Source: Chrysomallon squamiferum
Lineage: Eukaryota; Animalia; Mollusca
NCBI GenBank assembly: GCA_012295275.1
Contig: CM022665.1
Coordinates: 41,664,001-41,728,000 of the forward strand
Reading direction: 5' to 3'
DNA: 64,000 bases
Below the pieces are notes generated by a model. The model did no database searches, was not told where the DNA came from, and worked only from the letters and a program-made list of their open reading frames with translations. The position numbers and the translations under genes are program-made. How positions within the stretch are numbered: the stretch's first letter is position 1; each line of letters begins with the position of its first letter. Shown here one piece after another: positions 14,236 to 28,449 of the stretch.

Positions 14236-15791
14236 GTGGAGTCCATCAAGCAGAACCAAAAAGCACATTTAGCGCTAACGAATACCGTTAAGTGAAAATA
14301 TTAAGAATTTTTGTCTTAAAATAAATAAATAAATAAAATTAATAATAACAGTATAAAAAATAATAATATAATAATAACAACAGCAACAACAACAATAAAT
14401 AATATGAGTTAAAAAAACAACGCAACCCCCCCCCCCCGAACGAACAAACACTAACAAACTAAAAAACACAAAAAAGTATTCTACTGATAAATAAAAAAAA
14501 ATAAAAAACAAAAAAAAAAATATTAAAAAGAATTTAATACAATTGACTTAATGGTCAAAATAACACAGCATTTTACAATTTTTTTTTTTTGCAAAGAGAT
14601 TAATTTTAATATTAATGAATAATAATATACAACAGAGGGTCAGGGAACAATGAGCAAATGGTCGGTTCATAGACAACGGATGAAAACATGTTCTAACAAT
14701 GGCGCAGGGCTTTGTCCGAGCACATCTATAACACAAAGTGGTCACTTAAATACTTAGCCTAAGGATAATAGTGATTGTACACCGGTCATTTTTCCATTGC
14801 AGGATTATTTTATGAAAAGGCGAACATCACGCACTCTATCAAAATTTCATTAGTGCACTGTCTCCCTTGATGCCGGTGTTAAGTAGATCACCATCAACGA
14901 CCGCAAAATGAGGACAAATACGGGAGCGCAAAACATTCGTGGCGAACCGTTGATTTTCCTCCCTTGTCGCCGGTGTTTAGAGATTACCGGCACGAACAGC
15001 AAAATGACGACATATCTACCGGAGCAAGAGATTATTTTTGCGGCACTTTTAATGTTATTGTTCCCGGCGACAAAATCGATAAGAATTAGTTAGAAATGAT
15101 ATACAGTTTTTGTGTGTAATATACAAATTAATACTCAGTATAAATAGTGGTTTTTATTAAGAATCGGAGAGTTAGAAAACTTTTTTTTTTTTTTTTTTTT
15201 TTCCCCACTATCGACCAGATAAGTTAAAGTGCGTATTAACAATTCAGATCTGACCGACTAGTAATTATCATTTCCAGTAATATTTCCTTTGGGTGTTTGT
15301 GTATATATTATTTTAATCTCTGGTACTATCTACATTTTTTTTGGACTATATTAAATGCAGTGACCCATTTCCTATAATACACACTAAATAATGACACCAT
15401 CTGTCATAATATATGCTTTAATCTGTATATCTATATTTCTGAACCAGTAAAATGTGACGATCTGATTCCAGTAATGATTACTCGTGGTAATACACGCTAC
15501 CCTTGGGCATATTCTCTTAAAGTCGAATATTAGAATATGTCTATGTTTCGACCGACATTATTGAAAGGTATTCACGTTTTTATACACATTTACAGTGATC
15601 AGTGAAACAACATTCAGCTGAAAGACGAAGAGTCATAGGATCGAATATCCTTAATGCATCTTAATCTTATATATCTCTATCTTTATCTATATCTATCTAT
15701 CTATTTATATATCTGTCTCTCTGTCTATCCTGTGTATGTGTGTGTGAGTGTCTGTCAGTCTAGCTATATATATGTGTGTGTGTGTGTGTGA

Positions 15792-15822
<31 letters not shown>

Positions 15823-16628
15823 TGCACGTACATGTATGTTTTTATCTACATGTATGTTTTTATGTATATATATGTATGTATGTTTACATGTATGTATGCA
15901 TTTATGTATTTGTGTATGAGTATGTCTGGTGTGCGTCTTTCCGTATCTATTTACGTTTGTACGTTTATATCAAATACTCATGTGTTTCCTACATAAATAA
16001 TGACACACAGTAACAAATAAACAACACGTTTGCGTGCTACAGGTAAATAAAAATCCTCCTAAACTTAACACTGATATCCAGTTTCGTTTTAAAATGTGGA
16101 CTTAAATGTCATTTATATTTACTTCGTGTATATTTTGCTGTGTGGTCCCGTTAAAGTGCTCGGAGGCTTCAAACCCTGTGGCGTAGTTGTTATCTTTTAT
16201 TCATATAACGAGTCCCGTAGTTTCAATAAATAAACCTGTAATTGCTAAGGCAAGCGCAGGGAAAACGGAATCAGCCAGACAGACTTACGTGTTATGATAG
16301 ATTAACGTTTATCCGTGTCATGCTAAAGATTAACCGTTAGTTCAGACGATGGATTTACGAACGATATTTAGTGTAAAAATTTAGAACCGCTCTTTTTCAC
16401 TTTGCCTCTGTAATTAGTGATTGATAAATGATTTGAATGGAGGATAATCAGGGGCAAATCTAGGGGAGTTTTTTTTTTGTGAAGGAGGAGTCTAAGTTTG
16501 TCTGATTAGATAATGAAAAAAAAAAAAAAAAAAAAAAAAAAAATGTCCGTATTGTTTCATTAATATAAGTAGAACCCGCAGATTTAATTTGTTTTGTAGT
16601 TTTTGATGTTGTATTTTAATTCACAATG

Positions 16629-16900
16629 CAGTGGCTTGTAGAGGTCTGGTGACGACCTGGGGCCACCTCCTTGATGGCATGCCCCAAAGACTCAAGTATA
16701 CGGCTTAGCACTCAGAAATATTATGAGAAAGGAAGATATTTTGAATACGTAAACACAGATGAAACAAAAAATAAACACTTTATTCAATTTAAACATAAAT
16801 CAACCAAATTTATTAAGTTCTTTTCTCTGATTAGATGCCCCCCACATTTGGATGCTCGGGGCCACCGCACGTTCGGCTCCCCCCCCTCTGCACACGTCTG
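16629..16900. mobile_element. degraded MITE-like element
   Basis: Imperfect terminal inverted repeats CAGTGGCTTGTAGAGG / CCTCTGCACACGTCTG; internal GGGGCCACC twice; GC-rich ends, AT-rich middle. Confidence 0.45.
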
Positions 16901-17246
16901 TGTCACAGTGTGATCTTGTAATTATTCACAGCCGAAAATTAACCCGGGTTTGTGATTGCGTTGGGTATACAGATACGTGACATAAGTTCTTTCATATATC
17001 CAGACCTGGAAACCAAACATCAAATATTAACGATTTTCCGACATATACCGACACAGTCACGTCTTCTGAGACAAAAAGGACATGCTTTAAGTACAGATGT
17101 ACGGTTCTTGTATAAAAGACACCTATTTTTTTCTTTTCTTCTTAAAGCAAAGGAAGTATCAGTTTCAGAACATATCTAAACGTAAGTGCATCTAGTTACT
17201 GAATTTATGTGACAAAGATATGCATATGTTCTTGTATATACTTGTG

Positions 17247-17440
<194 letters not shown>

Positions 17441-17806
17441 CCCGAATGTATGTGTATATATGTCCATTCGTCCATTTGTTCATCTGTCATTCTTCGTTGT
17501 TTTTTTCCGCTTCTACTGATCCACGTCACCTCTAATTTATTTATTTATTATTTTTTTTTTTCTTATTCTTCATTCTGTAGTTCTCCGGTTTTTCTATCCA
17601 TGCAGTCAGTCAGACGTAAAATTAACTGTGAAATGATATTACCACACGACAAGCACATTTTGTATTTCATCTACATCATTATTACATCACCGTCGCTACG
17701 AACATACAACAACGTGGCAAACAAAACAACCTGCGGTCTGTGTACTTTTTTTTTTTTTTTTTTTTTTATTCTTCTTGTTACTCCCAGACAAACATATCGA
17801 ATTTTT

Positions 17807-17858
<52 letters not shown>

Positions 17859-18339
17859 CTCTCTCGCACGACAGATTACACCGACCCTTTTTCATTACCC
17901 GAATCACGCGCGTTTATTATATCCGAAATACGTCAGCTTTGCATCGTCAAAAAATAGAATCTTATGTCAAGAACTTCGCAGCTTCCTCACAACAATAGTT
18001 TTGCTGGAGAGGATCTTAACTCAGATAAATATTTCATCGTCTGCTCGATTCGTGTGATGAAAAAAATAGGTCTGATGTTGTTTTTGAACAATCAAAAAAG
18101 CATTGTTTGATTTCCAGGTTAATTCGGATATTCTCTGAGTATAATGTGATATTTTATTGCTGTGTGTAAATGGTTGGTAGAGGACCGAGTTCATTGGATC
18201 GTAGCTAATAAATTGTCTATTCACATTAATTTTTATTCCGATGTTATGAGATTGTGTAAAAAAAAAAAAAAAAAAAACTGTTCTTCGCTTTCTCTTATTT
18301 CAATTACTTAATTAATTAAGCAAGTTATTTAATTTAACA

Positions 18340-19180
18340 CCAATAACTACTACTAGAATTATTTCTTATACTATTACAGTAGAACGTATATTACTACTAG
18401 TACTATTATTATTAATTACTACTACTACCGCTACTACTACCACTTCTACTACTTCAACTACTACTACAGCTGCTACTACTACTATTACTAATCCTACTAC
18501 TACTACTACTTCTCCTACTACCGCTACTATTACTGCTACTACTACTACTACTATTATTACTACTATTACTGCTACTACCTACTACTATTATTACTGCTAC
18601 TACTACCGCTACTATTACTGCTACTACCACCGCTACTATTACCGCTACTATTACTGCTACTACTACCGCTACTACTAGCGCTACTATTACTGCTACTCCA
18701 AGCGCTACTATTACTGCTACTACTACCGCTACTACTAGCGCTACTATTACTGCTACTCCAAGCGCTACTATTACTGCTACTACTACTATTTCCTCTACAG
18801 CTATTACTACGGCTACTGTTAACACTACTGCTACAGCTACAACTACTATTACTAAAACTACTACCACTACTACTAAAACTACTACCACTACTGCCACTAC
18901 TACTTCTACTACTACTATTGCTATGAGTACTACTTATACTTCTACTACTTCTGCTTCTATTACTACTTACCACTACTACTACCACTACTACGACCACATC
19001 TACTAACTTTTATTACTACTACTTTTACTACTACTACTACTGCTGCTACTATTACTACTGCCACTACTACTACTATTACAACTGCCACTACTACTACTAC
19101 TACTACAACTACAGCTACTACTACTGCAACTATCGTTACTACCTTTACTACAGCACCATGAATACTACTGCTACTTTAAT
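18340..19180. repeat. ~840-bp degenerate (ACT/GCT/ATT)n array with an internal 60-bp exact tandem duplication
   Basis: Positions 18661-18720 and 18721-18780 are identical. Confidence 0.95.
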
Positions 19181-20021
19181 CTAAAAGTTGTCACAGTAGA
19201 TGATCACTGACTCATTCTTTCTAGACTTTGCACAACATTTTCTTTAACGATATATTCGGTTTGATTATCTCATTAAGTAAACATAACCTAAATAGAAAAA
19301 CGCACGCACACATACATACGCATACACACACCTTTATCTGTTATATATTTTAGTATAAAAAAATAAAATAAAATAGAAAACAAGTAGAAACGACGAAAAT
19401 GTTAGTAGGAGTAGTAGTAGTAGTAGTAATAATAATAATAATGATGATGAAGAAAAAAATAAAATGTAAATATGGTAATAATTTTAAAAAATGTAGATTT
19501 ATGTTATATGTTCAGGCAAATATATATATGTAGATATTTTCAAACGATCGGAAAATACACACACACACACAACAAACAAACACACACAAACACACACACA
19601 CACGCACGCACGCACACACACAACACGCACACTGAGATATAGGCAGCTTTCTGATTTACAAAGATAAATAAACCTTGTGAATATTTTTTTTTTTAACGGA
19701 CATCTATTTACACTAAACTTAACTGAACCCATTCTTGCCTTTTAACAGATCTTAATATATAACTGATCAAACAATACCTTTTTGCTGGTTTTTGTTTTTC
19801 AGTATAGACAATTGTGAATGTAGGGTTTAATATTACTTGAACTCACGTTCGAAATGTTGTTCATAGACAGAATGTCGCCATTACTGAAACAAAACAATGA
19901 TTCCAGCATTACGGTACCGACAACTGATTATTTCAAAAAGATACACATGAAAAAGAAATCAATTGTCATCTTAAGCACGGTGTTTCCAGACCGCAAATTC
20001 CAATGACGGTGTATGCTCATG

Positions 20022-20290
20022 ACCGGAAGTTAGCGTCTGTTACAGGAAGTGGGATGTAAGAACCGCAATGGACCAGGAAGTACGCGAGATAATCGTTTAA
20101 TCTTAATTGTCAGTTCATTACAGTGGAACGGATTCTTTCACGGCTCGTTGATTACGTCATCCGGCTTGAGTACGACGTTTGAATCGTAACAGTGACGCAG
20201 CCAATACAAATTACATACTTAGTACGTGGAGGTACAAGGACAGATCACTAGACTAGTTTTGACATATGCTGAAAATGACGTCCATATTAA
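20022..20290. promoter_or_regulatory. ETS x3 + CRE-like + CCAAT cluster (enhancer/promoter-like)
   Basis: ACCGGAAGT 20022, ACAGGAAGTG 20042, CCAGGAAGTA 20073, TTACGTCAT 20152, TGACGCAGCCAAT ~20193, ATGACGTC ~20275. Confidence 0.45.
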
Positions 20291-20484
20291 TACTTAAAAA
20301 ATCTCTCATGCATGTAAAAAAAAAAATAATAAAAAATTAAACGTTAAAATTTTTTTTCCTTGAAAATCATTCTCTTATATATATCTTTAATACTTCATAT
20401 ACTAGTCATAAACAAAATGATAAACAGGAGAACTATTAACAACAACAGACGTAGAAATAGAGTAGGTGTAAAAATAAAAAAAAA

Positions 20485-20522
<38 letters not shown>

Positions 20523-20606
20523 TAATAATAAAAAGAAGAAGATGAATAATAATAATAATAATAACAATAATAATAAAAAGAAGAAGATGAATAATAATAA
20601 TAATAA

Positions 20607-20637
<31 letters not shown>

Positions 20638-21170
20638 AAGAAAAAAAAAAAAAAGAAGAGTACAACAAATTTTAACGTCGCTGAACAAAATAACAACAAC
20701 AATAACATCAACAGGCGAAACAGTAATTAATTTAAAAGTTCACCGTTTAAATTTAATTTTTGTTTTTTCAGTAAATAAAAAGCATTAAAAAAAAAAAAAA
20801 AAAAAAAAAGACACATAGACAATTAATAACATCAGTTCCATCTGTAATAGTAACAGCAAAACAAGTCTTTAGCTGTCATTTCCCTTTTCAAAACACATCA
20901 TCTGTGATTCCTCTCTCATTTGCTGAAAGAACCGTGTCGTATACAGTTCCACAGAGAAACGAACAACAAGCCGATCTGATCGGGCCATTTACCCATGACA
21001 TCCGGGAAACCAGGATGACAGCTATAGCATTCAGATTTGAAAAAAGCGAGGGAATTGTTTTATGTAAATAGGGTATTGAGCTGCATCTATTATATCACCA
21101 TCATTTCAATGCGAAACTCCAGGACATTAAGAATCCTTTCCAGTAATATATTTTATTGGAAACATGAAAT

Positions 21171-21210
<40 letters not shown>

Positions 21211-21211
21211 C

Positions 21212-21288
<77 letters not shown>

Positions 21289-22789
21289 ACCTGTCTACCA
21301 GCCATCCAAACTACGTATCTGTCTGTCTTTCTGTCTGATTGTTTGTCTTTCCGTATATTTGTATGTCTGCCTATATATCTACCAATTATCTACCAGTGGA
21401 TCTACCTAGTTAATTTTGTTCTACCTATCTATACGTATCTACCTATCTCTCTCTAATCGTCCATATATTTATCTACCAGTCTACATAATATCTATATATT
21501 TTTTTTTTAACACTTTAACTCAATTACTACCACTCGTATATTTCGTGCTCATTACAGATCGGGAAAGACGAGATCTCACTGTATATGGAAAACGTATTAA
21601 AGTTTAAAATGCCTGTCATCGAACTGAGACAATTATTTCGTTAACATTCTATCATTTTTATATTACAGCTGCAGTGGGTATAATAAAAAATTCTTCTCAC
21701 GTTAACGCAGAGCGATAAATTGTCGTTGCAAAATGACAGGGGATTTGTGTGTTAAAGTTTCCACTGGTTATTTCGAATATCGCGTTACGTTTAATTATTA
21801 ATCCGTTAATAACCATGACAAAGTAATAATAACAATAATATACAAGAACGAATAACTGAGGTAATCATTCAGTTTGTGATCTCAGCATGAATTTTTCCAC
21901 CACCACACTCTGCGAATCGCCTTAAATGAAATGTGTCATGTCCGTTAGAAATTTCGATTTACGCTGGATACATTCAGCTTCTGGGAGCATCTACTGCGTG
22001 TAAGGAAATAGAATGCAGGGATGGATGAAGGTCGTCTCTCCCGAGTTAGCTTTATATTCTCGTGCCAAACGTGATTCTACGTGAATCCACGTGATCGCGT
22101 TTCTTCAAGCTTTCAGTATGGTTAGATTTGCAGACGAGAAGAGACAGAGCGGAAGTAAACCGTTAAAAAATTGAAATCGAAACGGAAAAAAAAAAGGAAT
22201 TTAAAATAATAATTATTATAATAATAATAAATAAATAAATAAATAAATAAACAAATAGAAAATAATAATTAAAAAAAAAAAAAAAGATGTTGTACCGTGG
22301 AATTGTCCGGTATAATTATAGCGTAACAGTCACAGACATATTGAAATCAGATCTATTAGCTGCTCATATTATGTCTTAAATAATTAACAGTATTTGCGTC
22401 CAGTGTTTCTTCAATGCATTGAGGTGCATTAACAAGCCACATAATGGTGGATATTAACACATGTATAATGCAAGAGAGCCATTGTCAGAAGCTGGACGAA
22501 TTTATAAACGCTTCGATGGAAACGAAAATGCTAGACCGCAACTGCATAATTAATTGACAGTTAGAAATATATCTTTGATTTTGTTATTTTTTTAAAACCT
22601 CCTGAGGGATTTTACCATCGTGCAATAAATTATTCACATTAAAGAGTTTATGGATTAAAGAAGAAGAAAGGAAAATAAGGATTATGTTTTACTGTTATGC
22701 AGCTGTTATATTTGTTTTTGGTGTGGGATTTTTAATTTATTTTTTTATTCTTCTTCTTCTTCTTCTTCTTCTTCTTCTTCTTTTCAGGA

Positions 22790-23050
22790 TGGTTATGAGG
22801 CAGTAAGTAACTAAGTGTTAAAATGTTTGATTAAAACTGTACTGGGTCTCAAGATCGATACTCCGACAGGCGCCTTTAGACTATTTCCCGTTCCAAACCT
22901 TGGTATGTGTTTTAATGTATTTCTGAAAATATATATATATAAAAGAACTCTCGGTGTTGGTCAATAAGATAAATCTGCGATATGGCAACAGTGGCTTTCC
23001 TCTCTCGAATCATACACAAAAGCCCAGTTAACAACCGTTAATGTCAAAAT
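22790..23050 (+). mobile_element. degraded SINE-like repeat, family A copy 2
   Basis: GATCGATACTCC..CTATTTCCCGTTCCAAACC..TGGTATGTG..TATAAAAGAACTC..TGGCAACAGTGGCTTTCCTCTCTC. Confidence 0.55.
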
Positions 23051-23226
23051 ACCTTTTCATTCGTTCATAAATTCCTTCTGTCATATTATTTATATATTCG
23101 TTGTTTGAAATCATTACATTTTGATTAAATATTGTCGTTGTAATATTATTATTCAGTGAGTAAGTCGGTCTTTATTATTACAGAAAAAAAAAAAAAACGT
23201 TTTGTGAAAAGAAGATTAAAAACTGT

Positions 23227-23271
<45 letters not shown>

Positions 23272-23285
23272 TTCTTCTTCTTCTT

Positions 23286-23316
<31 letters not shown>

Positions 23317-23721
23317 TTATTATTATTATTATTTTTATTATTTTAACTTGTTTATTCCTATGTTTGTTTATTTGTATTTGTTAGTCGCTGACATTTTTGC
23401 AAGATTAACATAGCATTCACCATACCGGTAGATGTCCGGTTACTTTTTCAAAATGTTGATTCTGTATAGTATAATCTAATTTTATGATCAAATTAATTTG
23501 TATTAAAATAACATTCAGTAAATCCAGCCTTTTATATATATATAAAGTGATCACCTTTAAAATTAGCTCTGGGTAAGAAAACAAAACAACAGTAAATAAT
23601 CATTCGCACATTCAAGTCTGATTAAGCTATCGCTGAGATAACTGTTTCAGTATTCCTTTTAAAAAAAAAAAAAAATTTTTTTTTTACAAATATTTCTGTT
23701 CAGGACACAGCGAGTCATCTA

Positions 23722-23822
23722 AGGTCAGGTCGGGTCAGGTCAAATAAAGACGTGATATGAGCGAGCAAGGCTGGGTCAAATCGAACTCGACGAGGTCAAA
23801 CCTGCCAAGAGGGATTAGGTCA
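23722..23822 (+). promoter_or_regulatory. cluster of RGGTCA nuclear-receptor half sites
   Basis: Six RGGTCA plus one AGGTCG, all on the + strand within 101 bp. Confidence 0.35.
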
Positions 23823-24421
23823 AAATAAGTTTAAGCCTTAAACCTTCTTTCATGAATTCAACTCAGCCGCAAAACTAAGCAAAATAAGATTATAAATCTT
23901 TAAACGACTTGCTAAAAATGTTACCTTTTTAGAAAACAATTTTGCAGAAAACTAAATTTTTTTTTTTTAACAAGCTGATTTCACCTCTAATAACATTAAT
24001 ACTGAGAATCAGTAGGCACTGATGCACGTACAAATACACAAATACGAATACCGTAATCCTTGCTTTAAATAGACAGGACGGTACTGAGTTCGCGTCCACA
24101 TACCCGCATCTGACCAAAAATCAATTGTCGAGATGTGAAAAACTGTACTGTCTATTCTGACAAAGTCTAACATACTAACAACACGTGTTAGGAAGGCAAT
24201 CGTGGATTACTCGTGGGTCGAGAGCCCAAGACAGGCGTGCTTGTACATTAAGCACATGCGTAAAAATAAATCAGATTGATCGATTGTATCGAACCGTTAT
24301 CATGATCTACTCATGAAAATATATATTTATTAACACACGAATAACGCATCAGTGCAGAAATTGCTTTCTGAAAGTTTCAGCTCCACACACTGATTAAAGC
24401 TAAAACAAAATAAGTATTGAA

Positions 24422-24452
<31 letters not shown>

Positions 24453-25007
24453 AACAAAAAATTCAAAATAAATTCAAAAAAATCTAAACAGCAGAAGAAA
24501 CGAAGTAGACTTAATAAGGAAAGCAGAAACACGTAAAAATCGTTTTCTGCGAACATCATTACTCGTGTTTATTGATATTTTGTTTCAGTTTAATGCACAC
24601 CTCCAAAGCCTGGCGGGATCCATTCATCGAAAACTTCCGCTCTCGTAGAAAGTAGCTTTTTGTGCTTTTCGGTCTCGCTGTTAACGAGATGTCAGACGCA
24701 ACTTGTAAATAGCACATTTGACTGCAGCTGGAGCTGTTGGTCATTATATAATGTCGCCAAACAGTCTGTGGTTTATCTCCGGAGAATATGTGTGCTTAGG
24801 TGTATAGTAATTAGCGTACTTACAGAGGTAACTGAAAACCCCGTGAAACACATTAAAATCAACCGTAGATAAAATATACAGAAAGAAAAACTGGAGCGTA
24901 AATATATATTTTTTATATAAAAAAAAAAATTATAATTTTTTTTAATTTTTTTTTTTATTAATAATATTATTTTTATTCCTTTTATTTTTTTTTTTTCTGG
25001 TTTCTTT

Positions 25008-25058
<51 letters not shown>

Positions 25059-25236
25059 TCATCATCATCATCTTTTATTTTTGTTGCTGCCGTTGTTTGT
25101 TATTACATTATTTTATTTGTAGTTGGTTATTTAACAGTCTTGACATTGATTATGTAGAAATTCAAAAACAAAATAAACAAACACCTTTTTTATTTATTTA
25201 TTTATCTATTTATTGCTGTAATTCTCCCTTTTCTGT

Positions 25237-25383
25237 CTAACATTACTACTATTTCTTCATCTTCTGTTTTATATCATCATCATCATCATCGTTATTATTA
25301 TTATCATCATCATCATCATCATCTAACATTACTACTATTTCTTCATCTTCTGTTTTATATCATCAACATCATCATCGTTATTA
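25237..25383. repeat. ~86-bp tandem duplication containing (ATC)n
   Basis: CTAACATTACTACTATTTCTTCATCTTCTGTTTTATATCATC occurs twice. Confidence 0.85.
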
Positions 25384-25727
25384 AATTATTTATTTCTTTA
25401 CATTTTTTACATTATATCATATTTTATTTTATTTTATTATAATTTTTTTTTTTGCTTTTGTATGTTGTTTAGTTATTTTTTTCTTATCGTTTCAAATTTT
25501 ATTATTATCTTTCAACGATCGAAAATTACATCGTTCGTAACGCTAAGTGTAATGTTTTATCATGATTTATGACGAGAATACAAAACAAGCGAGTAACATA
25601 AGATTTATTTGTAGATAACAGTTTATTTTCAATGTGTGCATTAACAAGTTTCCTATGTGCTGTGTGCGTAAAAGCAGATATGTCAATTCAATTGTCTCTT
25701 TTTATACGTTTGTACGTCTGTATGTGT

Positions 25728-25758
<31 letters not shown>

Positions 25759-26663
25759 ATATATATGCATACATGTTGCATAAATGTATATAGGCCTTTG
25801 TCTATAGTATATATGTAAGTCTATATATATGCATGCATTATGTTGTGGAAGCCTACTCATAAGGATATATGTTTAACAGATGTTATAATACATGTATTTA
25901 TTATTAGATACATGTACGATAATCTAGTAGAAAACTATAACGTACTTTTATTCAGCAAAAAAATAAAAATAAAAATAAAAATAAAAATAAAAAACCCAAA
26001 CAAAACAAAAACAAAACAACAACAACATTATCGATGAAAACCAAATTAAATTATCGATTAGCCAATGTCATGTTTTTATTTTTTATTTAATGTATCGGAA
26101 ATATCGATTTTTGGGAAATATTGCCGTCATTAAAAAGAGTTGACCTTGACTGACCTCGTTTGCGCAAGATCGGGGTTTTGATGCACCTTAGATGTTTCAC
26201 AGTTTCAGTGATTAATGTGTCTGTTGCGTGAGATAATTTATTTTACTAAAAAAAAAAATAATAATCCCTGTAGAAATATTACAATAGTGGGTAAGAAATT
26301 TGAGACAGACTAGTATTAATGTTTCACATAACTTGTGTCTCGTTTATGCAATAATAACATAATTTAAAGTTCCTGGTTATTTTCATTTTTTTTTTCTTTC
26401 TGAATACAACTGTCTAGTACGTCTGGTCGATGACCTAGTTTAAGAACGAGGTGACATATTTCGTAATAATAATGCAAACTGGTTTAACATGCAAACAATA
26501 TCTGACTGGACTAATTTTGGAGGAGGTTTGTTGTTCTTTTTTTTTTTTTTTTTTTTTTAAAAAGAGGCAAAAGAGGGTCCCAGAATAAGATCAATAGTTT
26601 TTTTTTTTTTTTATAGACGACAACCGTTATTTTAGAACTCAGCTTCGTATTTCTTAGAAAGTG

Positions 26664-26735
<72 letters not shown>

Positions 26736-27542
26736 ATAATAAGAAATAGAAAATGAGACTGTAGAGAGATGAAGAAGAAGAAAATGAAAAGTATTTTATC
26801 TACTTGTATTTACGGAGACGATCAGGTTTAACAGGAGCCATGTTAGTTCTTTGACATCAGTAATAAAAAAGAAAACAATAGCAAGGCTAAGTAGCTTTAC
26901 TAGCAGCGTTCTAGTGTTTCAAATAACAGGAATACTTCACCATTGCAAGTTAGTTCAATTACCAGTATGAAAACTGTTATACTGTTGATATATAGTTAAA
27001 AAAAAAAAAAAAAAAAAAAAATCAACAATTTGAAACCTGCCGTCATCCAACGAAAATTCATGTACGTCTGTCTTGGTAACATAATCAAAGATATTGGGTT
27101 GTCTTTCCATTAATTAATGTTGATATGTTACAAAAATTAATTAGAAAAAAGAAAATGTGCTCTGGGACTAGGTTGTACACCAACAGACTAGTTCAGTCTA
27201 GAAGCTGAAAGCGTAATTCAATCCAGGTAACTTTTAGATTTTAAAGGTTTAACCGAGGCTTGTGCTTTTAAATGCAATGTTTACAAACATCACGGGACGA
27301 AAGGTTTTCAATAGCGCACCATACTTTGGTATTTATTTTAACAAGAAATAATTGCCCGTATAATAACCTCTAATTCGTTTATACGTTTTCCCTGTCTCTC
27401 GGAACAGAAGCAATTTCGCTGGAGGCAGTATCGTATCAATTTTTGCAATCTAGCAAATGGATTTTATAATCTTTTTCAAATACCTGCTGCTGTCATCCAG
27501 TAAGTTACGAGCAGAGCGTAATGGCTCGTGCTGCGACCCGCC

Positions 27543-27556
27543 CGCCATCTAGCGGT
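27543..27556 (-). promoter_or_regulatory. CTCF-like binding site
   Basis: Minus strand reads ACCGCTAGATGGCG, close to the CTCF core CCRCTAGRTGGCG, inside a CpG-rich island. Confidence 0.55.
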
Positions 27557-27941
27557 GCTACTATTTCCCAAAAGGCTAGTTACCACAAATTAGAAACGAT
27601 CGGCCTCACCCGATCTCACGAAACAAGATACGTTTTGCGAAGATAACGAGCCGTTTCTAACGGTAAATTATGTCAGATTCTCACGTGGACGAATTATTAA
27701 ACTTCTTTTAATGCTCTTGCTCCTCTTTTATCTGATCTCCGCATCGGTTTATAGCTTAATGTAAAGTATTCGGTTAACACGATGGGCATTATTCTCCGAA
27801 GTACCGTTATGGTCGTAAATATTTGTTTCTGGCATTATCGCTTTCCACTTGTGTGTAAAAGTAAACCAAACACCAGCCAATGATAATTAGCGTGCTTCTC
27901 AGCTAATAATCTTGTAAATCATTTGTTAATTATGAAGGGAG

Positions 27942-27975
<34 letters not shown>

Positions 27976-28368
27976 ATAAAAAAAACCCAGTGAAATAAAA
28001 GAGAGATTTAAAAAAAAAAAAAAAAAAGAAATTATATATTTTGAAACTATTAGTAAAATGGATATTATGATTTGAAATGATGATGGTGAAATATGATTAA
28101 AAATGGTTATCATAATTAAAAAAAAAGTAATAAAAATAATAAATAAATAAATAAATAACGTATACAAATAAAATAAAATAAAATTAAATAAATAAAAATT
28201 AAACAATAAAATATAAATGACAAATAAATAGAAATAGAAAATAAAGTGTATTATTATTATTAATAGTAGTAGTAATAGTTTTAGAAGTAGTGGTAGTTGT
28301 AATTATAATGCAAGTAAGGAATAAACAACAACAAAAACACCACCACCACCACCACCACCAACAACAGC

Positions 28369-28449
<81 letters not shown>

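Noticed and set aside
18454-18997. Poly-Val/Ala and poly-Ser ORFs
   Set aside because: Translations of a trinucleotide array.
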